DNA of 64,000 bases from Sphingobacteriaceae bacterium. GTDB taxonomy: Bacteria; Bacteroidota; Bacteroidia; UBA7662. Each line of letters begins with the position of its first letter. The stretch's first letter is position 1. The notes under the pieces are model-generated. The model searched no databases and was not told the origin of the DNA. It worked only from the letters and a program-made list of their open reading frames with translations. The position numbers were made by a program, and so were the translations under genes. Shown here in pieces: positions 1 through 9,733 of the stretch. The DNA lies in the NCBI GenBank assembly GCA_030682795.1, contig JAUXNJ010000008.1, positions 18,753 through 82,752 of the forward strand, in the 5' to 3' direction.

Positions 1-312
1 GGCATCCCCGGGTTTGTAGCTCATCAGCAGGATGTCGGCATCGGCTAAAAGCCGCAGGAGTTCTTGCTGTTGCTCGGGTTCCCGCAAATCCATGAATAGG
101 GAGCGTTTTCCCCAATTGGCAGCGCAAAAATAGGCAGAGCGCCCTGCTACGGGCTGCTCGTTGGCGAGGCGCCAGCTGCGGGTTACGTCACCCGATGGGG
201 GTTCGATTTTGAGTACTTCTGCTCCTAGTTCGGCCAAAAACTGGCCCACCGAAGGGCCAGCCAGCACCGCCGCTAGTTCAATGACTTTGATATGTTGCAG
301 GGCTCCGCTCAT
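1..312 (-). CDS. CoA-transferase family III (CaiB/BaiF-like), N-terminal part; gene runs off window start
   Basis: The reverse-strand ATG at 310-312 gives MSGALQHIKVIELAAVLAGPSVGQFLAELGAEVLKIEPP...SAYFCAANWGKRSL, a typical CaiB/BaiF N-terminus. No stop codon appears before position 1. Its start overlaps the queA stop codon (ATGA). Confidence 0.6.
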   Translation of the reverse strand, partial: MSGALQHIKVIELAAVLAGPSVGQFLAELGAEVLKIEPPSGDVTRSWRLANEQPVAGRSAYFCAANWGKRSLFMDLREPEQQQELLRLLADADILLMSYKPGDA

Positions 313-1523
313 TTTGCGGCTTGTTCAAACCACAGCAGGGAGCTGTCGCCATAACTTAAAAAACGGTAGTCGTGCTGCAAAGCATGTTCGTAAATGCGTT
401 TCCATTGCTCGCCTACTGCTGCGGCAATGAGCAGCAGTAAGGTGCTTTGTGGTTGGTGGAAATTGGTGATGAGGGCTTTGGCAAGCTTGAAACGATAACC
501 CGGAGCAATCATGATGGCGGTATAAGCAATCACTTGTTCGAGCTGTCGCGCTTCGAGCCACTGGAGTAGCCGCGCCAAAGCTTCCTCGGTGGACAATGCA
601 GCAGCAAGTTCGTAGGCGGTAAATTGACCCGGCTCTGGAAGTCGCGCATCGCTGGGCTGGAGCATACATCCCATCCAATACAAACTTTCAAGCGTGCGCA
701 GGGAGGTGGTTCCAACAGGAATGATGGGGCCTTGGTGGGTTAAAAGCCGCTGAAGCAGACTTTTGGTAACTACTATTTCTTCGCGGTGCATCTCATGCCC
801 GGCCATGGTTTCGGCCTTCACGGGTTTAAATGTGCCAGCGCCTACATGCAAGGTGAGCTCTTGCCTGCCGATGCCCTTGGTTTGTAGTCCGTCGAAAACG
901 GCTTGGGTAAAATGGAGTCCTGCCGTAGGTGCCGCCACCGCGCCGTCAAAGCGGGCGTACACGGTTTGGTAGCGCTTACTGTCGTCTGCCTCTGCCTCCC
1001 GCTGCAAATAAGGCGGCAAGGGAATGTTGCCAAAAGCCTGTAATATTTCTGCAAAACTGCGGTCGGCGGGCGACCAGCTAAAACGGATGCGGTAGCCTTC
1101 TCCTTGGGCAGCCACTCGCTCGGCCTGTAATAACATGCCTTCGTGCTCCATTTGCAGCATGCCGCTTTTCCAACGTTTGTTGTTGCCTACCAAACACAGC
1201 CACTCGGCTTCTGTGGTTGCTTGCATGGCGGTTTGCACTTCGGGAGAAGGCAAAATTGGTTCCAAGCAAAACAGCTCAATCAAGCCCCCACTTTCTTTGC
1301 GAAACAAGAGGCGCGCTTGTACCACCCGGGTGTTGTTAAACAACAACAGGGCATCTGACGGTAATAAATTGGGCAAATCGGTAAACCTATGGTCGCTGAT
1401 CACCGATTGTTGATACTGCAACAATTTAGATTGATCGCGCTGTGCCAAAGGATGTTGGGCAATGCGTGCCTGCGGCAAATCGTAGCTGAAGTTAGAGATA
1501 CTGAGGTCGGCGGGATGTAACAT
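309..1523 (-). CDS. queA: S-adenosylmethionine:tRNA ribosyltransferase-isomerase
   Basis: 404-aa ORF. N-terminus DLSISNFSYDLPQARIAQHPLAQRDQSKLL plus conserved blocks (PLPPY, LHVGAGTF) match QueA. Confidence 0.8.
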   Translation of the reverse strand: MLHPADLSISNFSYDLPQARIAQHPLAQRDQSKLLQYQQSVISDHRFTDLPNLLPSDALLLFNNTRVVQARLLFRKESGGLIELFCLEPILPSPEVQTAMQATTEAEWLCLVGNNKRWKSGMLQMEHEGMLLQAERVAAQGEGYRIRFSWSPADRSFAEILQAFGNIPLPPYLQREAEADDSKRYQTVYARFDGAVAAPTAGLHFTQAVFDGLQTKGIGRQELTLHVGAGTFKPVKAETMAGHEMHREEIVVTKSLLQRLLTHQGPIIPVGTTSLRTLESLYWMGCMLQPSDARLPEPGQFTAYELAAALSTEEALARLLQWLEARQLEQVIAYTAIMIAPGYRFKLAKALITNFHQPQSTLLLLIAAAVGEQWKRIYEHALQHDYRFLSYGDSSLLWFEQAAK

Positions 1524-1636
1524 GCCACAAAGATAAGTGCTGAAAGGCTCGCCTCAGCAGCTTTCACTTTTCAAGGAGCAGTCTTCATAAAAATGAACAT
1601 TTGCCATGGCCAGGTTGTAATTTAGAGGTGCAAAGC

Positions 1637-2842
1637 ATGACGATGACAGCCAAAAACGCTTCTTCTATTTACCTCGACTACAACGCTACCACCCCGGTGC
1701 ATAGCGATGTGCTGGATGCCATGTGGCCATGGTTTTCGGAAGACTTTGGGAATGCCTCGAGCCGCTCGCATGCCTGGGGCTGGCGGGCTGAACAAGCCGT
1801 AAAGCAAGCCCGAATGGAGCTGCGGTCACTCATTGGCGCTGATCATGGCGAGCTGGTTTTTACCTCAGGTGCTACAGAGGCCTTGAATCTTGGGATCAAA
1901 GGACTCGCCAGCAGCTGGCGCGATAAAAAGAAGCACCTCATTTGCTGGGCAACCGAACACAAAGCGGTGCTGGATGTTTGTAAAGCCTTGCGCCGCGATG
2001 GATTCGATACGACCATCTTGCCGGTTTTGGCCAATGGTTTGCCCGATCTGGCTGCCTACGAAGCAGCCTTTCGTCCCGATACCTTATTGGTTTGCGGAAT
2101 GCTGGCCAATAACGAAACCGGTGTGATTTTCCCCATCCAACAATTGGCCGAAATGGCACATGCTCGAGGCAGCTTTTTTCTCTGCGATGCCACCCAGGCC
2201 GTGGGTAAAATCCCTGTCGATGTAAAGGCACTAAACGTGGATATGCTTTGCCTCTCGGCCCATAAATTTTACGGTCCTAAAGGTGTAGGGGCCCTTTGGC
2301 TGGCTAAAAAACCAGGACTCAAGTTACAGCCTTTGCTGCATGGCGGTGGGCATGAACAAGGCCTCCGTTCGGGTACCCTGGCAGTGCCCCTTTTGGTAGG
2401 CTTAGGTAAAGCCGCTGTAAAGGCAGCGGCAGATTTGCAGCAGCAGACCGGTCAGCTTGCCCAATTGCGCAACGATTTGGAAGTAGGCTTGGCGGCGGCA
2501 ATTCCTGAAATTCGCTTTTTAGGGGCTGAAGCAAACAGGCTGCCCAATACCAGCAATGTGTTTTTTGCAGATTGTCCCGCTGCCTCCCTTATCAAAGCCC
2601 TGCGCAAATTGGCGGTGGCCACGGGTTCGGCCTGTAGCTCCTTTGCTGCTAGTCCTTCCCATGTGCTCCTGGCCATGGGCTTGTCAGAAACCGAAGCGGG
2701 CTATTGTTTGCGCTTTAGTCTAGGGCGACCAACTACTTTCGAAGAGGTGCATGCAGCTGTTCAGCTCGTAGTGCAGGCTGTTACCTTGGTACGAGCAAGC
2801 TCTCCAGCTTGGCAATTCCGCGATAAAACGAACGCTTTTTGA
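1637..2842 (+). CDS. iscS: cysteine desulfurase (IscS/NifS family, PLP-dependent)
   Basis: The ATG at 1637 gives MTMTAKNASSIYLDYNATTPVH. The SAHKFYGPKGVGAL lysine motif and C-terminal SSGSAC..S motif are present. The track ORF start at 1601 is probably too long. Confidence 0.85.
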   Translation: MTMTAKNASSIYLDYNATTPVHSDVLDAMWPWFSEDFGNASSRSHAWGWRAEQAVKQARMELRSLIGADHGELVFTSGATEALNLGIKGLASSWRDKKKHLICWATEHKAVLDVCKALRRDGFDTTILPVLANGLPDLAAYEAAFRPDTLLVCGMLANNETGVIFPIQQLAEMAHARGSFFLCDATQAVGKIPVDVKALNVDMLCLSAHKFYGPKGVGALWLAKKPGLKLQPLLHGGGHEQGLRSGTLAVPLLVGLGKAAVKAAADLQQQTGQLAQLRNDLEVGLAAAIPEIRFLGAEANRLPNTSNVFFADCPAASLIKALRKLAVATGSACSSFAASPSHVLLAMGLSETEAGYCLRFSLGRPTTFEEVHAAVQLVVQAVTLVRASSPAWQFRDKTNAF

Positions 2843-2888
2843 ATATTTTTGTTGAATCTTTGTTGACTCATTGCTAGCATTAGAACCC

Positions 2889-3215
2889 ATGATTACCATC
2901 AGCGAAAACGCCGCCCATAAAGTGAAACAAATGCTCCAACAGCCTGAATTTGCGGAAAAACCGCTCATTCGGGTGAGTGTGGTGAGTGGCGGCTGCTCGG
3001 GATTGAGTTATAAAATGGACTTCGACGCGTCAGCCTTGGAAACAGATGAGCGCTTTGAAGACAAGGGCCTAACCCTCGTTTGCGATAAAAAAAGCTTTTT
3101 TTATCTCATAGGCACCGAGCTCGACTACAGCGAAGGTTTGCAAGGAAAAGGCTTCCACTTTGTGAATCCCAATGCCTCGCGCACTTGCGCTTGTGGCGAG
3201 AGTTTCTCACTTTAA
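2889..3215 (+). CDS. IscA/HesB/SufA-type Fe-S cluster insertion protein
   Basis: About 108 aa, ending in the CACGESF motif with an upstream Cys in VVSGGCSGLSY. It lies directly downstream of the cysteine desulfurase. Confidence 0.8.
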   Translation: MITISENAAHKVKQMLQQPEFAEKPLIRVSVVSGGCSGLSYKMDFDASALETDERFEDKGLTLVCDKKSFFYLIGTELDYSEGLQGKGFHFVNPNASRTCACGESFSL

Positions 3216-4622
3216 TTTTAGAATCCAGTCGCTTATTTTTTGCATGGCAGCGGCATCAAAGGTGATGTCTATTTCAGCATATTCGCTTACAGCACCTGTT
3301 TTGCTGGGTTGGAACAGGTGATTGAGTCCCGCCAGCGCCTCTACCTGCACTTGTGTATTCCCCCCTTTTTGTAAGGCCGTTTCAATGCCAGCTAAGTTTG
3401 ACTTGGCAATAACTTGTACATCTTTATCGCCGTTCAAGGCCAGTACTGGGCACTTCACCTGACTTAAAACGGGAGCTGGTTCATATCGAATGAAGTACAA
3501 AAACCAAGGGTCTGTATAGGTTTTTAGCGTGCTTTTTTGCTGTAATTCGAGCTGCTGCCTGGCTTCCACATCTCCAATTGGCAGCCGATTTAATGCTGTT
3601 ACAAATAAAGCCTGGATGCTGTCCTTGGCCTGCTCCACCGGCAAGTGCTTGAGCCAGCCAAATATGCTTTTATTGATAAGCAACTGCGAGTCTATGGTGG
3701 TTTGCGTTAATCCTTCGGTTGTTCCCACCGCCTGCAGCTGTTCGAGCAAGAGGGCATCAACGGGAATGCCCACGCCCGCAAGTAAGACCATAAAGCCAGC
3801 ATTGGGTCTTAAGCCATAAGCCAATGGAGCAATCATGCCGCCTTCGCTGTGCCCAATGAAGCCGATTTTTTGCTTATCAATGCCCTTGGTTTTTGCGAGA
3901 AAGTCGTACGCAGCGGCCGCATCTGTAGCAAAATCGGCGCTGGTTGCGGTATTAAAATCTCCCGTAGAACCGGCCACTCCACGGTCGTCGTAGCGTAGAA
4001 CTGCAATGCCTTGTCGGGTTAAAAAGTCCGACAGCACCAAAAACGGCTCGTGGTCAAAAACCTCCGAATTGCGGTTTTGAGGACCCGAACCTGAGATAAG
4101 AATGGCGGCAGGAAAGGGACCTTTGCCGGCCGGCATGCTTAAGGTGGCGGCTAACTGCAGCTGGGCATTTTTGTTTTTCACCTTTACCTCCTTGGTTTGG
4201 TAAGGATAGGGCTTGGCAGGCGTTTGTGAACGCACCACCGTTGCCACTTGGGCGGTGCCTTTTCCTGCAATTTGGCGCTTCAGATTCATAGGAAGTTGTC
4301 GACCTGCCTGGGTAAAGGTGCCTACAATGCTGTCGCCTGAGGTATAAATGCCTTGGTAGCGAATTTGGGCATTTGACACCGTAAAGATGAGTGTGTCACT
4401 TTGTACCTGTACGCTCGTTAATGGAATGTCGTATGCCTTTTGTTTCGGACTGTCGAACTTGCCCACGTAGCCGGTTTTGGTGTTGTTGAGGTGTACCACC
4501 AAGGGCAATTGCATGCCTTGAATGTTGAGCGCACCTTCCCAACTGCCTTCAAAAGCCGGCTGAGCCAGGGCTGTAAATTCACCAAAGAATACCAGGAAGC
4601 AAAGTGTAAAGAGTACTTTCAT
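3207..4622 (-). CDS. secreted alpha/beta-hydrolase (S9 peptidase/dienelactone-hydrolase-like)
   Basis: The start was chosen at MKVLFTLCFLVFFGEFTALAQ, a signal peptide. Nucleophile elbow GHSEGG is present, followed by a C-terminal hydrolase fold. Confidence 0.7.
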   Translation of the reverse strand: MKVLFTLCFLVFFGEFTALAQPAFEGSWEGALNIQGMQLPLVVHLNNTKTGYVGKFDSPKQKAYDIPLTSVQVQSDTLIFTVSNAQIRYQGIYTSGDSIVGTFTQAGRQLPMNLKRQIAGKGTAQVATVVRSQTPAKPYPYQTKEVKVKNKNAQLQLAATLSMPAGKGPFPAAILISGSGPQNRNSEVFDHEPFLVLSDFLTRQGIAVLRYDDRGVAGSTGDFNTATSADFATDAAAAYDFLAKTKGIDKQKIGFIGHSEGGMIAPLAYGLRPNAGFMVLLAGVGIPVDALLLEQLQAVGTTEGLTQTTIDSQLLINKSIFGWLKHLPVEQAKDSIQALFVTALNRLPIGDVEARQQLELQQKSTLKTYTDPWFLYFIRYEPAPVLSQVKCPVLALNGDKDVQVIAKSNLAGIETALQKGGNTQVQVEALAGLNHLFQPSKTGAVSEYAEIDITFDAAAMQKISDWILKLK

Positions 4623-4745
4623 AATTGACATTTGATGACGAAAAATACGCCAATAGAAGTCGGATACCAAAATGGTGACGTATTTTAACATTGGCATCAT
4701 GGTGGATAAAGCTGCCGGTTTCTGCTAAATAGTATCTTTGCCGCG

Positions 4746-6131
4746 ATGAAAAAATGGATTGCCCTCATCCGCCAGGCCGTCAGTGGCCAGGAGCAAGACT
4801 ACACTACTGGCAGCATCCGCATGGCGATTTTTTTGCTAGCCATCCCCATGATGTTGGAGATGGTGATGGAGTCGCTATTTGCCGTGGTCGACATTTTCTT
4901 TGTAGGCAAGCTGGGCGTAGCAGCAGTGGCTACGGTGGGACTAACCGAATCGGTGATCACGGTGATTTATGCCATCTCTATCGGGCTCAGCATGGCAGCC
5001 ACCGCCATGGTGGCGCGGCGCATTGGTGAAAAGAAACCGAAGGAAGCTTCGGATACGGCTTTTCAAGCCATCGCCCTAGGAAGCATTACCGCCCTGGTGC
5101 TGGGTATTGTTGGTTACACACAGGCCGAAAACCTCCTGCGCCTAATGGGTGCCGAGGATGCAGTGATTGCTGCAGGGGTAGGCTATACCCGCATCATCTT
5201 TTTGGGAAACTTGCCCATCATGCTGCTTTTTTTAATCAACGGCGTTTTCCGGGGAGCAGGCAAGCCTGCCATTGCCATGCGTGCGCTTTGGTTGGCCAAT
5301 GGTATCAACATCCTCCTCGACCCTATATTGATTTTTGGCTTCTGGATCTTTCCCGAATTAGGCATCGAAGGCGCGGCTTGGGCTACTACCATCGGACGAT
5401 CGATGGGTGTGCTTTACCAACTCTACCATTTATTGTTGAAGCCTAGTCAAATCAGATTGACCAAAGCAAACCTGGTGTTCAAACTTTCTACCGTATGGAC
5501 GCTGGTGAAGGTGGGTGCAGGCGGTATGGGGCAGTTTTTGATCGAATCGGCAAGCTGGATTGCCTTAACCCGCATCGTGGCAACGTCGGGGAGTATTGCT
5601 GTGGCGGGCTGGACAGTGGCCATTCGGGTGGTGATTTTCACGCTTTTACCGGCCATGGGATTGGCAAATGCGGCTACTACTTTGGTGGGACAAAATCTGG
5701 GTGCCGGGCAACCCGAACGGGCCGAAGCCTCGGTATGGAAGGCGGCACTTTACAATGCCATTTTCTTGGGGAGCTGCTCGATTTTATTTATCCTCTTTGG
5801 TGACCAAATCATTGGCCTGTTTAATTCCGACCCTGGTGTTTTGCTGGTAGGGAAGGAAGCGCTTTTTGTACTTTGCCTGGGTTATGTGTTTTTCGCTTAT
5901 GGCATGGTAATCGCACAAAGTTTCAATGGCGCGGGTGACACCTTAACCCCCACCATCATCAACATCATGATGTTTTGGGTGCTAGAAATCCCCTTGGCTT
6001 GGTACATGGCCCTGCATTTGGTCTGGGGTGCTACTGGCGTATTTTGGTCGGTGGCCATGTGTCACAGTCTGCATGCCTTGGTTAGCGTCTATATTTTCAA
6101 AAAAGGCCGCTGGAAATTGGTGAAGGTTTGA
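4746..6131 (+). CDS. MATE family efflux transporter
   Basis: 461 aa with 12 predicted TM segments and an LAIPMMLE N-terminal block typical of NorM/MATE. A TAnnTTTG box at 4733-4740 lies so close to the ATG that the true start may be the internal Met at 4821. Confidence 0.8.
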   Translation: MKKWIALIRQAVSGQEQDYTTGSIRMAIFLLAIPMMLEMVMESLFAVVDIFFVGKLGVAAVATVGLTESVITVIYAISIGLSMAATAMVARRIGEKKPKEASDTAFQAIALGSITALVLGIVGYTQAENLLRLMGAEDAVIAAGVGYTRIIFLGNLPIMLLFLINGVFRGAGKPAIAMRALWLANGINILLDPILIFGFWIFPELGIEGAAWATTIGRSMGVLYQLYHLLLKPSQIRLTKANLVFKLSTVWTLVKVGAGGMGQFLIESASWIALTRIVATSGSIAVAGWTVAIRVVIFTLLPAMGLANAATTLVGQNLGAGQPERAEASVWKAALYNAIFLGSCSILFILFGDQIIGLFNSDPGVLLVGKEALFVLCLGYVFFAYGMVIAQSFNGAGDTLTPTIINIMMFWVLEIPLAWYMALHLVWGATGVFWSVAMCHSLHALVSVYIFKKGRWKLVKV

Positions 6132-6153
6132 GCTAATTTTCGGTTCTTGTTGC

Positions 6154-7011
6154 ATGCAACTGAAAATCTGGCTGGTCCTTGCACTTTTCCTCCTCATTGC
6201 CTGGGTAAGCAAGCTTGTTTATGGCAAAATACAGCGTGCGGGATTGGTGGTGGTTACCTACAACATCCGTTACGACACCGCCAAGGATGGCACGAATGCC
6301 TGGCCGCATCGCAAGCGGCGTTTGATAGGCGAATTGATGAGTCACCAACCAGCCATCATTGGCATGCAAGAAGTATTACACCATCAATTGCAAGATGTCA
6401 AAGAACTACTGCCTGCACGTTTTAAGTACAGCGGCGTGGGCAGAGACGATGGTGCCAACCAGGGCGAATATGCCCCTATTTGGTACGACAGCACACTTTT
6501 CGAGCTGCAACAGCAAGGCACCTTTTGGCTGTCCGACACCCCAACAGCTCCAAGCAAAGGCTGGGATGCTGCCTTGCCGCGGATTTGCACTTGGGTTGCC
6601 TTAAAGCACCTGCGCGATGGCCGACAGTTATGGGTGTTTAATACCCATCTCGACCACCAAGGCATCGTGGCTCGTGAAAAAAGCACGGCCTTGATTGCTG
6701 AAATGGCTGCAGCCATTCCCGATCATCCGCCGGTGCTGCTGCTGGGCGACTTCAACAGCACCCCACAAGAAGCACCCCATCAGGTGCTTCAAAACGAAGG
6801 CTGGCTCGACGCCCGTGCTACCGCCGAAAAGCGGGAAGGCCCTATAGGTACCTTTCCCGATTTCGATGGCAAGCGCCCCGAAAAGCGCATCGACTTCCTC
6901 TACTACAAAAATCTCCCACCCCCGTTTATATATATCGTAGATGGTTCACCCGACCGCCAGCCTCCTTTTGCATCCGATCATTCGGCAGTGGTGGTAGGTT
7001 TTCCATGGTGA
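6154..7011 (+). CDS. endonuclease/exonuclease/phosphatase (EEP) family protein with N-terminal membrane anchor
   Basis: N-terminal hydrophobic helix. EEP blocks VVTYNIRYD, GMQEV, NTHLDH and SDHSAVV are present. Confidence 0.8.
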   Translation: MQLKIWLVLALFLLIAWVSKLVYGKIQRAGLVVVTYNIRYDTAKDGTNAWPHRKRRLIGELMSHQPAIIGMQEVLHHQLQDVKELLPARFKYSGVGRDDGANQGEYAPIWYDSTLFELQQQGTFWLSDTPTAPSKGWDAALPRICTWVALKHLRDGRQLWVFNTHLDHQGIVAREKSTALIAEMAAAIPDHPPVLLLGDFNSTPQEAPHQVLQNEGWLDARATAEKREGPIGTFPDFDGKRPEKRIDFLYYKNLPPPFIYIVDGSPDRQPPFASDHSAVVVGFPW

Positions 7012-7039
7012 TGCAAGTTGCAACGGCTGGCGTTTATTA

Positions 7040-7130
7040 GTCGGTGTTTAAACGTTTGTATACGTAAGTAAACGGTAACAAACGTTTAGCAAACGTATAC
7101 AAACGGTAACAAACGTTTAGCTCCCGAATC
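7040..7130. promoter_or_regulatory. operator-like repeat array (3x AAACGTTT palindrome, 2x GTATAC, 21-bp direct repeat) upstream of helicase gene
   Basis: AAACGTTT occurs at 7050, 7080 and 7111 (spacing 30/31 bp). The direct repeat AAACGGTAACAAACGTTTAGC occurs at 7070-7090 and 7101-7121. The inverted pair is AAACGTTTGTATACGT (7050-7065) and ACGTATACAAACGG (7093-7106). Confidence 0.5.
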
Positions 7131-7159
7131 TTAGGGCAACTGTTTTGCAATTTGCAGGC

Positions 7160-8827
7160 ATGAAACAGTTAACCCACGAGCAGCAAGCCATTCTCGCCGC
7201 AGATGGCGATTTAAAAATCAATGCCGTAGCCGGTTCCGGTAAAACGTCCACCTTGGTGGCGTATGCGAAGTCGCGACCAGCAGGCAGTAAACTACTCTAC
7301 TTGGCCTTTAATCGCACCGTACGAGAGGAGGCCGTGCAGCGTTTTGCGCAAGAAGGAATGAGCGGGGTGCGGGTAGAAACAGCGCATTCGTTGGCCTATA
7401 AAGACGTTGTGAGAAGCCGTAAACTGGAACTTACTTTTGGCTACAAAGCATACGAACTGGCACAGGTATTGGGCATCAAGAGCAAGGACCCAGAGATCAA
7501 GTACCTCTTGGCTACCCATACCCAGCGCTATTTGCAACTTTATTTAAATTCGAGTGCGCAGGCACATACCGAGTTAAATTATGCGGGTAGTTTGTTGGAC
7601 CCCAAGGCACGCTCCTTTGCCGATCGTTTTGCACAGGATTTATTGGGCTATACCACCAAGGCCTTGCAGCTTATTGAAAGCGGAGTGCTTCCCTGCGTAC
7701 ACGACTACTATTTGAAGCTTTACCAGCTTAAAAAGCCCAAACTTCGCTACGATTACTTGCTTTTTGACGAAGGTCAGGATGCGAGCAGCGTGATGCTCGA
7801 CGTTTTATTGAAGCAGTCGGCACGCAAAATCATTGTGGGCGATGTGCATCAGCAAATTTACGGCTGGCGCCAGGCGGTTAATTCACTGCAGCAGGTGCCT
7901 TTTCCAGCATACACCTTGAGCAACAGTTTCCGTTTTCCGGAAGAAATTGCCTCCCTCGCCAAAAGGGTGCTTCAATGGAAGCAATTATTGCCCCAGGCCA
8001 GTGATCCGGTAGCCTTAACAGGCTTGGGGCCGGAGAAGGGGCACATTAGGACCAGGGCTACTTTGGCGCGCTCGAATTTGTTTTTGTTGGATAAAGCCAT
8101 TCAGCTGCTACACGATCATCATTTCGAGCGCATTTGGTTTGAAGGCAATTTAGGTGCTTACACTTTTGCCTCAGATGGCACCAGTATTTTTGATGTATTG
8201 GCCTTGTTTGAGCACAAGCCTGAGCGCGTTAAGGATCCGCTATTGAAGGCCCTTGGCAGTTTTGAAAAGCTTGAAGAATATCTTGAAAAAGCCGAAGATC
8301 CTGAATTGGCCACCATTACTGAGATGGTGCGCAAACATGGCAACGAATTACCGGGCTACATCAGTGCGTTAAAAAATATGCAAGTACCAAGCGACCAAAG
8401 AGCGCAAGCAGATATGATTTTCAGCACCGTGCACCGAAGTAAGGGGCTGGAATACGATGAGGTGCAGCTCACCACCGATTTTGTGTCGGAAGACAAAATC
8501 ATTCGGGCAGTGGCCGACAACGACAAGCAAAAAGTGGCACGTTTGAATGAGGAAATTAATTTATTGTATGTAGCCATGACCCGGGCGCGCTATAATTTGC
8601 GACTTCCGATTTCACTTTGGCCGTCTGGACCCGTAACGCCTGTGCTTCCCGATGTGAGTACGGGTATGCCAGCGCGTAGGCGACGGGCGGGCATGTACAT
8701 GCGCAGCGACAAAAATGAATGGGATTGGGGTCACGGTAAAATGCAATTGGAAGAGGCCTACGACCCGTATTTGATTGAAGACTTAGAGCGTTCGATGCGT
8801 TATCCAGAAGAAGTTGCACCTCCTTGA
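7160..8827 (+). CDS. UvrD/PcrA-like superfamily-1 DNA helicase (short, ~555 aa)
   Basis: Walker A AVAGSGKTST and DEGQD (Walker B) are present, plus the UvrD_C-like block FSTVHRSKGLEYDEV. The track start 7145 is TTG; the ATG at 7160 (MKQLTHEQQAIL) is more likely. Confidence 0.8.
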   Translation: MKQLTHEQQAILAADGDLKINAVAGSGKTSTLVAYAKSRPAGSKLLYLAFNRTVREEAVQRFAQEGMSGVRVETAHSLAYKDVVRSRKLELTFGYKAYELAQVLGIKSKDPEIKYLLATHTQRYLQLYLNSSAQAHTELNYAGSLLDPKARSFADRFAQDLLGYTTKALQLIESGVLPCVHDYYLKLYQLKKPKLRYDYLLFDEGQDASSVMLDVLLKQSARKIIVGDVHQQIYGWRQAVNSLQQVPFPAYTLSNSFRFPEEIASLAKRVLQWKQLLPQASDPVALTGLGPEKGHIRTRATLARSNLFLLDKAIQLLHDHHFERIWFEGNLGAYTFASDGTSIFDVLALFEHKPERVKDPLLKALGSFEKLEEYLEKAEDPELATITEMVRKHGNELPGYISALKNMQVPSDQRAQADMIFSTVHRSKGLEYDEVQLTTDFVSEDKIIRAVADNDKQKVARLNEEINLLYVAMTRARYNLRLPISLWPSGPVTPVLPDVSTGMPARRRRAGMYMRSDKNEWDWGHGKMQLEEAYDPYLIEDLERSMRYPEEVAPP

Positions 8828-8859
8828 TATAATTTCTCGTCATTCTAGGTCCCAGCCCT

Positions 8860-8867
8860 TATTTTTG
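8860..8867 (+). promoter_or_regulatory. candidate Bacteroidota sigma-A -7 box (TATTTTTG) for pdxJ
   Basis: Matches TAnnTTTG and lies 20 nt upstream of the pdxJ ATG. The -33 element is weak. Confidence 0.3.
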
Positions 8868-8886
8868 CAGCCTTCACATCCTCACT

Positions 8887-9615
8887 ATGACAGCTGCAAA
8901 ACTCAGTGTTAACATCAACAAAGTAGCCACCTTAAGAAACAGCAGGGGCGGCAACAATCCTGATTTGGTTAAGGTGGCTTTGGATTGCGAGCGCTTTGGG
9001 GCAGCGGGCATTACCGTGCACCCTCGACCCGACGAACGCCACATTCGTTATGCCGATGTGTATGCGCTCAAGGAAGTGTTGAGTACCGAATTCAACATCG
9101 AAGGCAACCCGAAGGAAGACAAGTTTGTGAAATTGGTGCTGGCTGTGAAGCCTACCCAGGTAACTTTGGTGCCTGACGTGACGGGGCAGCTTACCAGCGA
9201 CCACGGCTGGGATACCATTGCCGAGGCTGCTTATTTGAAGCAAATGATTGCGCGCTTCCAGGATGCAGGCATACGCACCTCCATTTTTGTGGATCCAGAC
9301 GAAAAACTGGTGGAGGCAGCGGCTGTTACTGGCACCGACCGCATTGAGCTGTATACCGAATCTTATGCACACCATTATGCGCTAGATAAAGAAGCTGCGG
9401 TGAGGCCATTTGTACAAGCAGCTATCAAGGCGCATGAAGTGGGGTTGGGATTGAATGCTGGTCACGATTTGTCGCTCGAAAACCTGGCCTATTTTGCGCA
9501 GCAGCTGCCGCATTTATTGGAGGTGTCGATTGGTCACGCCTTGATAAGTGATGCGCTCTATTTAGGATTGGAGAACACCATTCAACTGTACAGCAGGGCT
9601 TTGAAGCAAGGCTGA
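8887..9615 (+). CDS. pdxJ: pyridoxine 5'-phosphate synthase
   Basis: [17 protein letters not shown]...PDLV...[13 protein letters not shown] and GHDL blocks are diagnostic of PdxJ. Length is 242 aa. Confidence 0.9.
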   Translation: MTAAKLSVNINKVATLRNSRGGNNPDLVKVALDCERFGAAGITVHPRPDERHIRYADVYALKEVLSTEFNIEGNPKEDKFVKLVLAVKPTQVTLVPDVTGQLTSDHGWDTIAEAAYLKQMIARFQDAGIRTSIFVDPDEKLVEAAAVTGTDRIELYTESYAHHYALDKEAAVRPFVQAAIKAHEVGLGLNAGHDLSLENLAYFAQQLPHLLEVSIGHALISDALYLGLENTIQLYSRALKQG

Positions 9616-9707
9616 TGGGTGATTCAGCCGCTGCTGTGAGCCTGAATGCGGTGGCGCTCGTGACGGAAAATTTATTAGAAATCATTGGCGACTTCAAGAT
9701 ATAATTA

Positions 9708-9715
9708 TATTTTTG
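9708..9715 (+). promoter_or_regulatory. candidate -7 box (TATTTTTG) with TTG -33 at 9686-9688 for the Rrf2-trmB operon
   Basis: Matches TAnnTTTG with a 19-nt spacer to TTG, and lies 19 nt before ATG 9734. Confidence 0.35.
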
Positions 9716-9733
9716 TCCGATTCTAGATACAGA

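Noticed and set aside
4754-5029. 91-aa His/Gly-rich ORF in an alternate frame of the MATE gene
   Set aside because: It is the +2 frame of a confidently assigned transporter and is a compositional artefact.
7050-7121. CRISPR array or MITE reading of the repeat cluster
   Set aside because: There are only two 21-bp direct repeats with a 10-bp gap, no unique spacers, and it lies immediately in a promoter region. An operator array is the better explanation.
7160-8827. Gabija-type defence (GajB-like UvrD helicase)
   Set aside because: No OLD/TOPRIM ATPase-nuclease partner is present. The neighbours are a secreted EEP phosphatase/nuclease and pdxJ. It is treated as a repair-type helicase.
8932-9375. 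147-aa antisense ORF inside pdxJ, and similar antisense ORFs (13568-14074 and 13657-14055 in rpsB; 14539-15175 in tsf; 15397-15714 in pyrH; 16294-16690 in frr; 21676-22173 and 23891-24208 in tamB; 55957-56463 in guaB; 60666-61271 in the symporter)
   Set aside because: They overlap strongly conserved genes on the opposite strand, have low-complexity or biased composition, and show no recognisable motifs. They are typical GC-rich shadow ORFs.
9616-9712. IscR type-1 operator upstream of the Rrf2 gene
   Set aside because: GCGACTTCAAGAT shares only the GACT half-site. No dyad symmetry, so it is not called.
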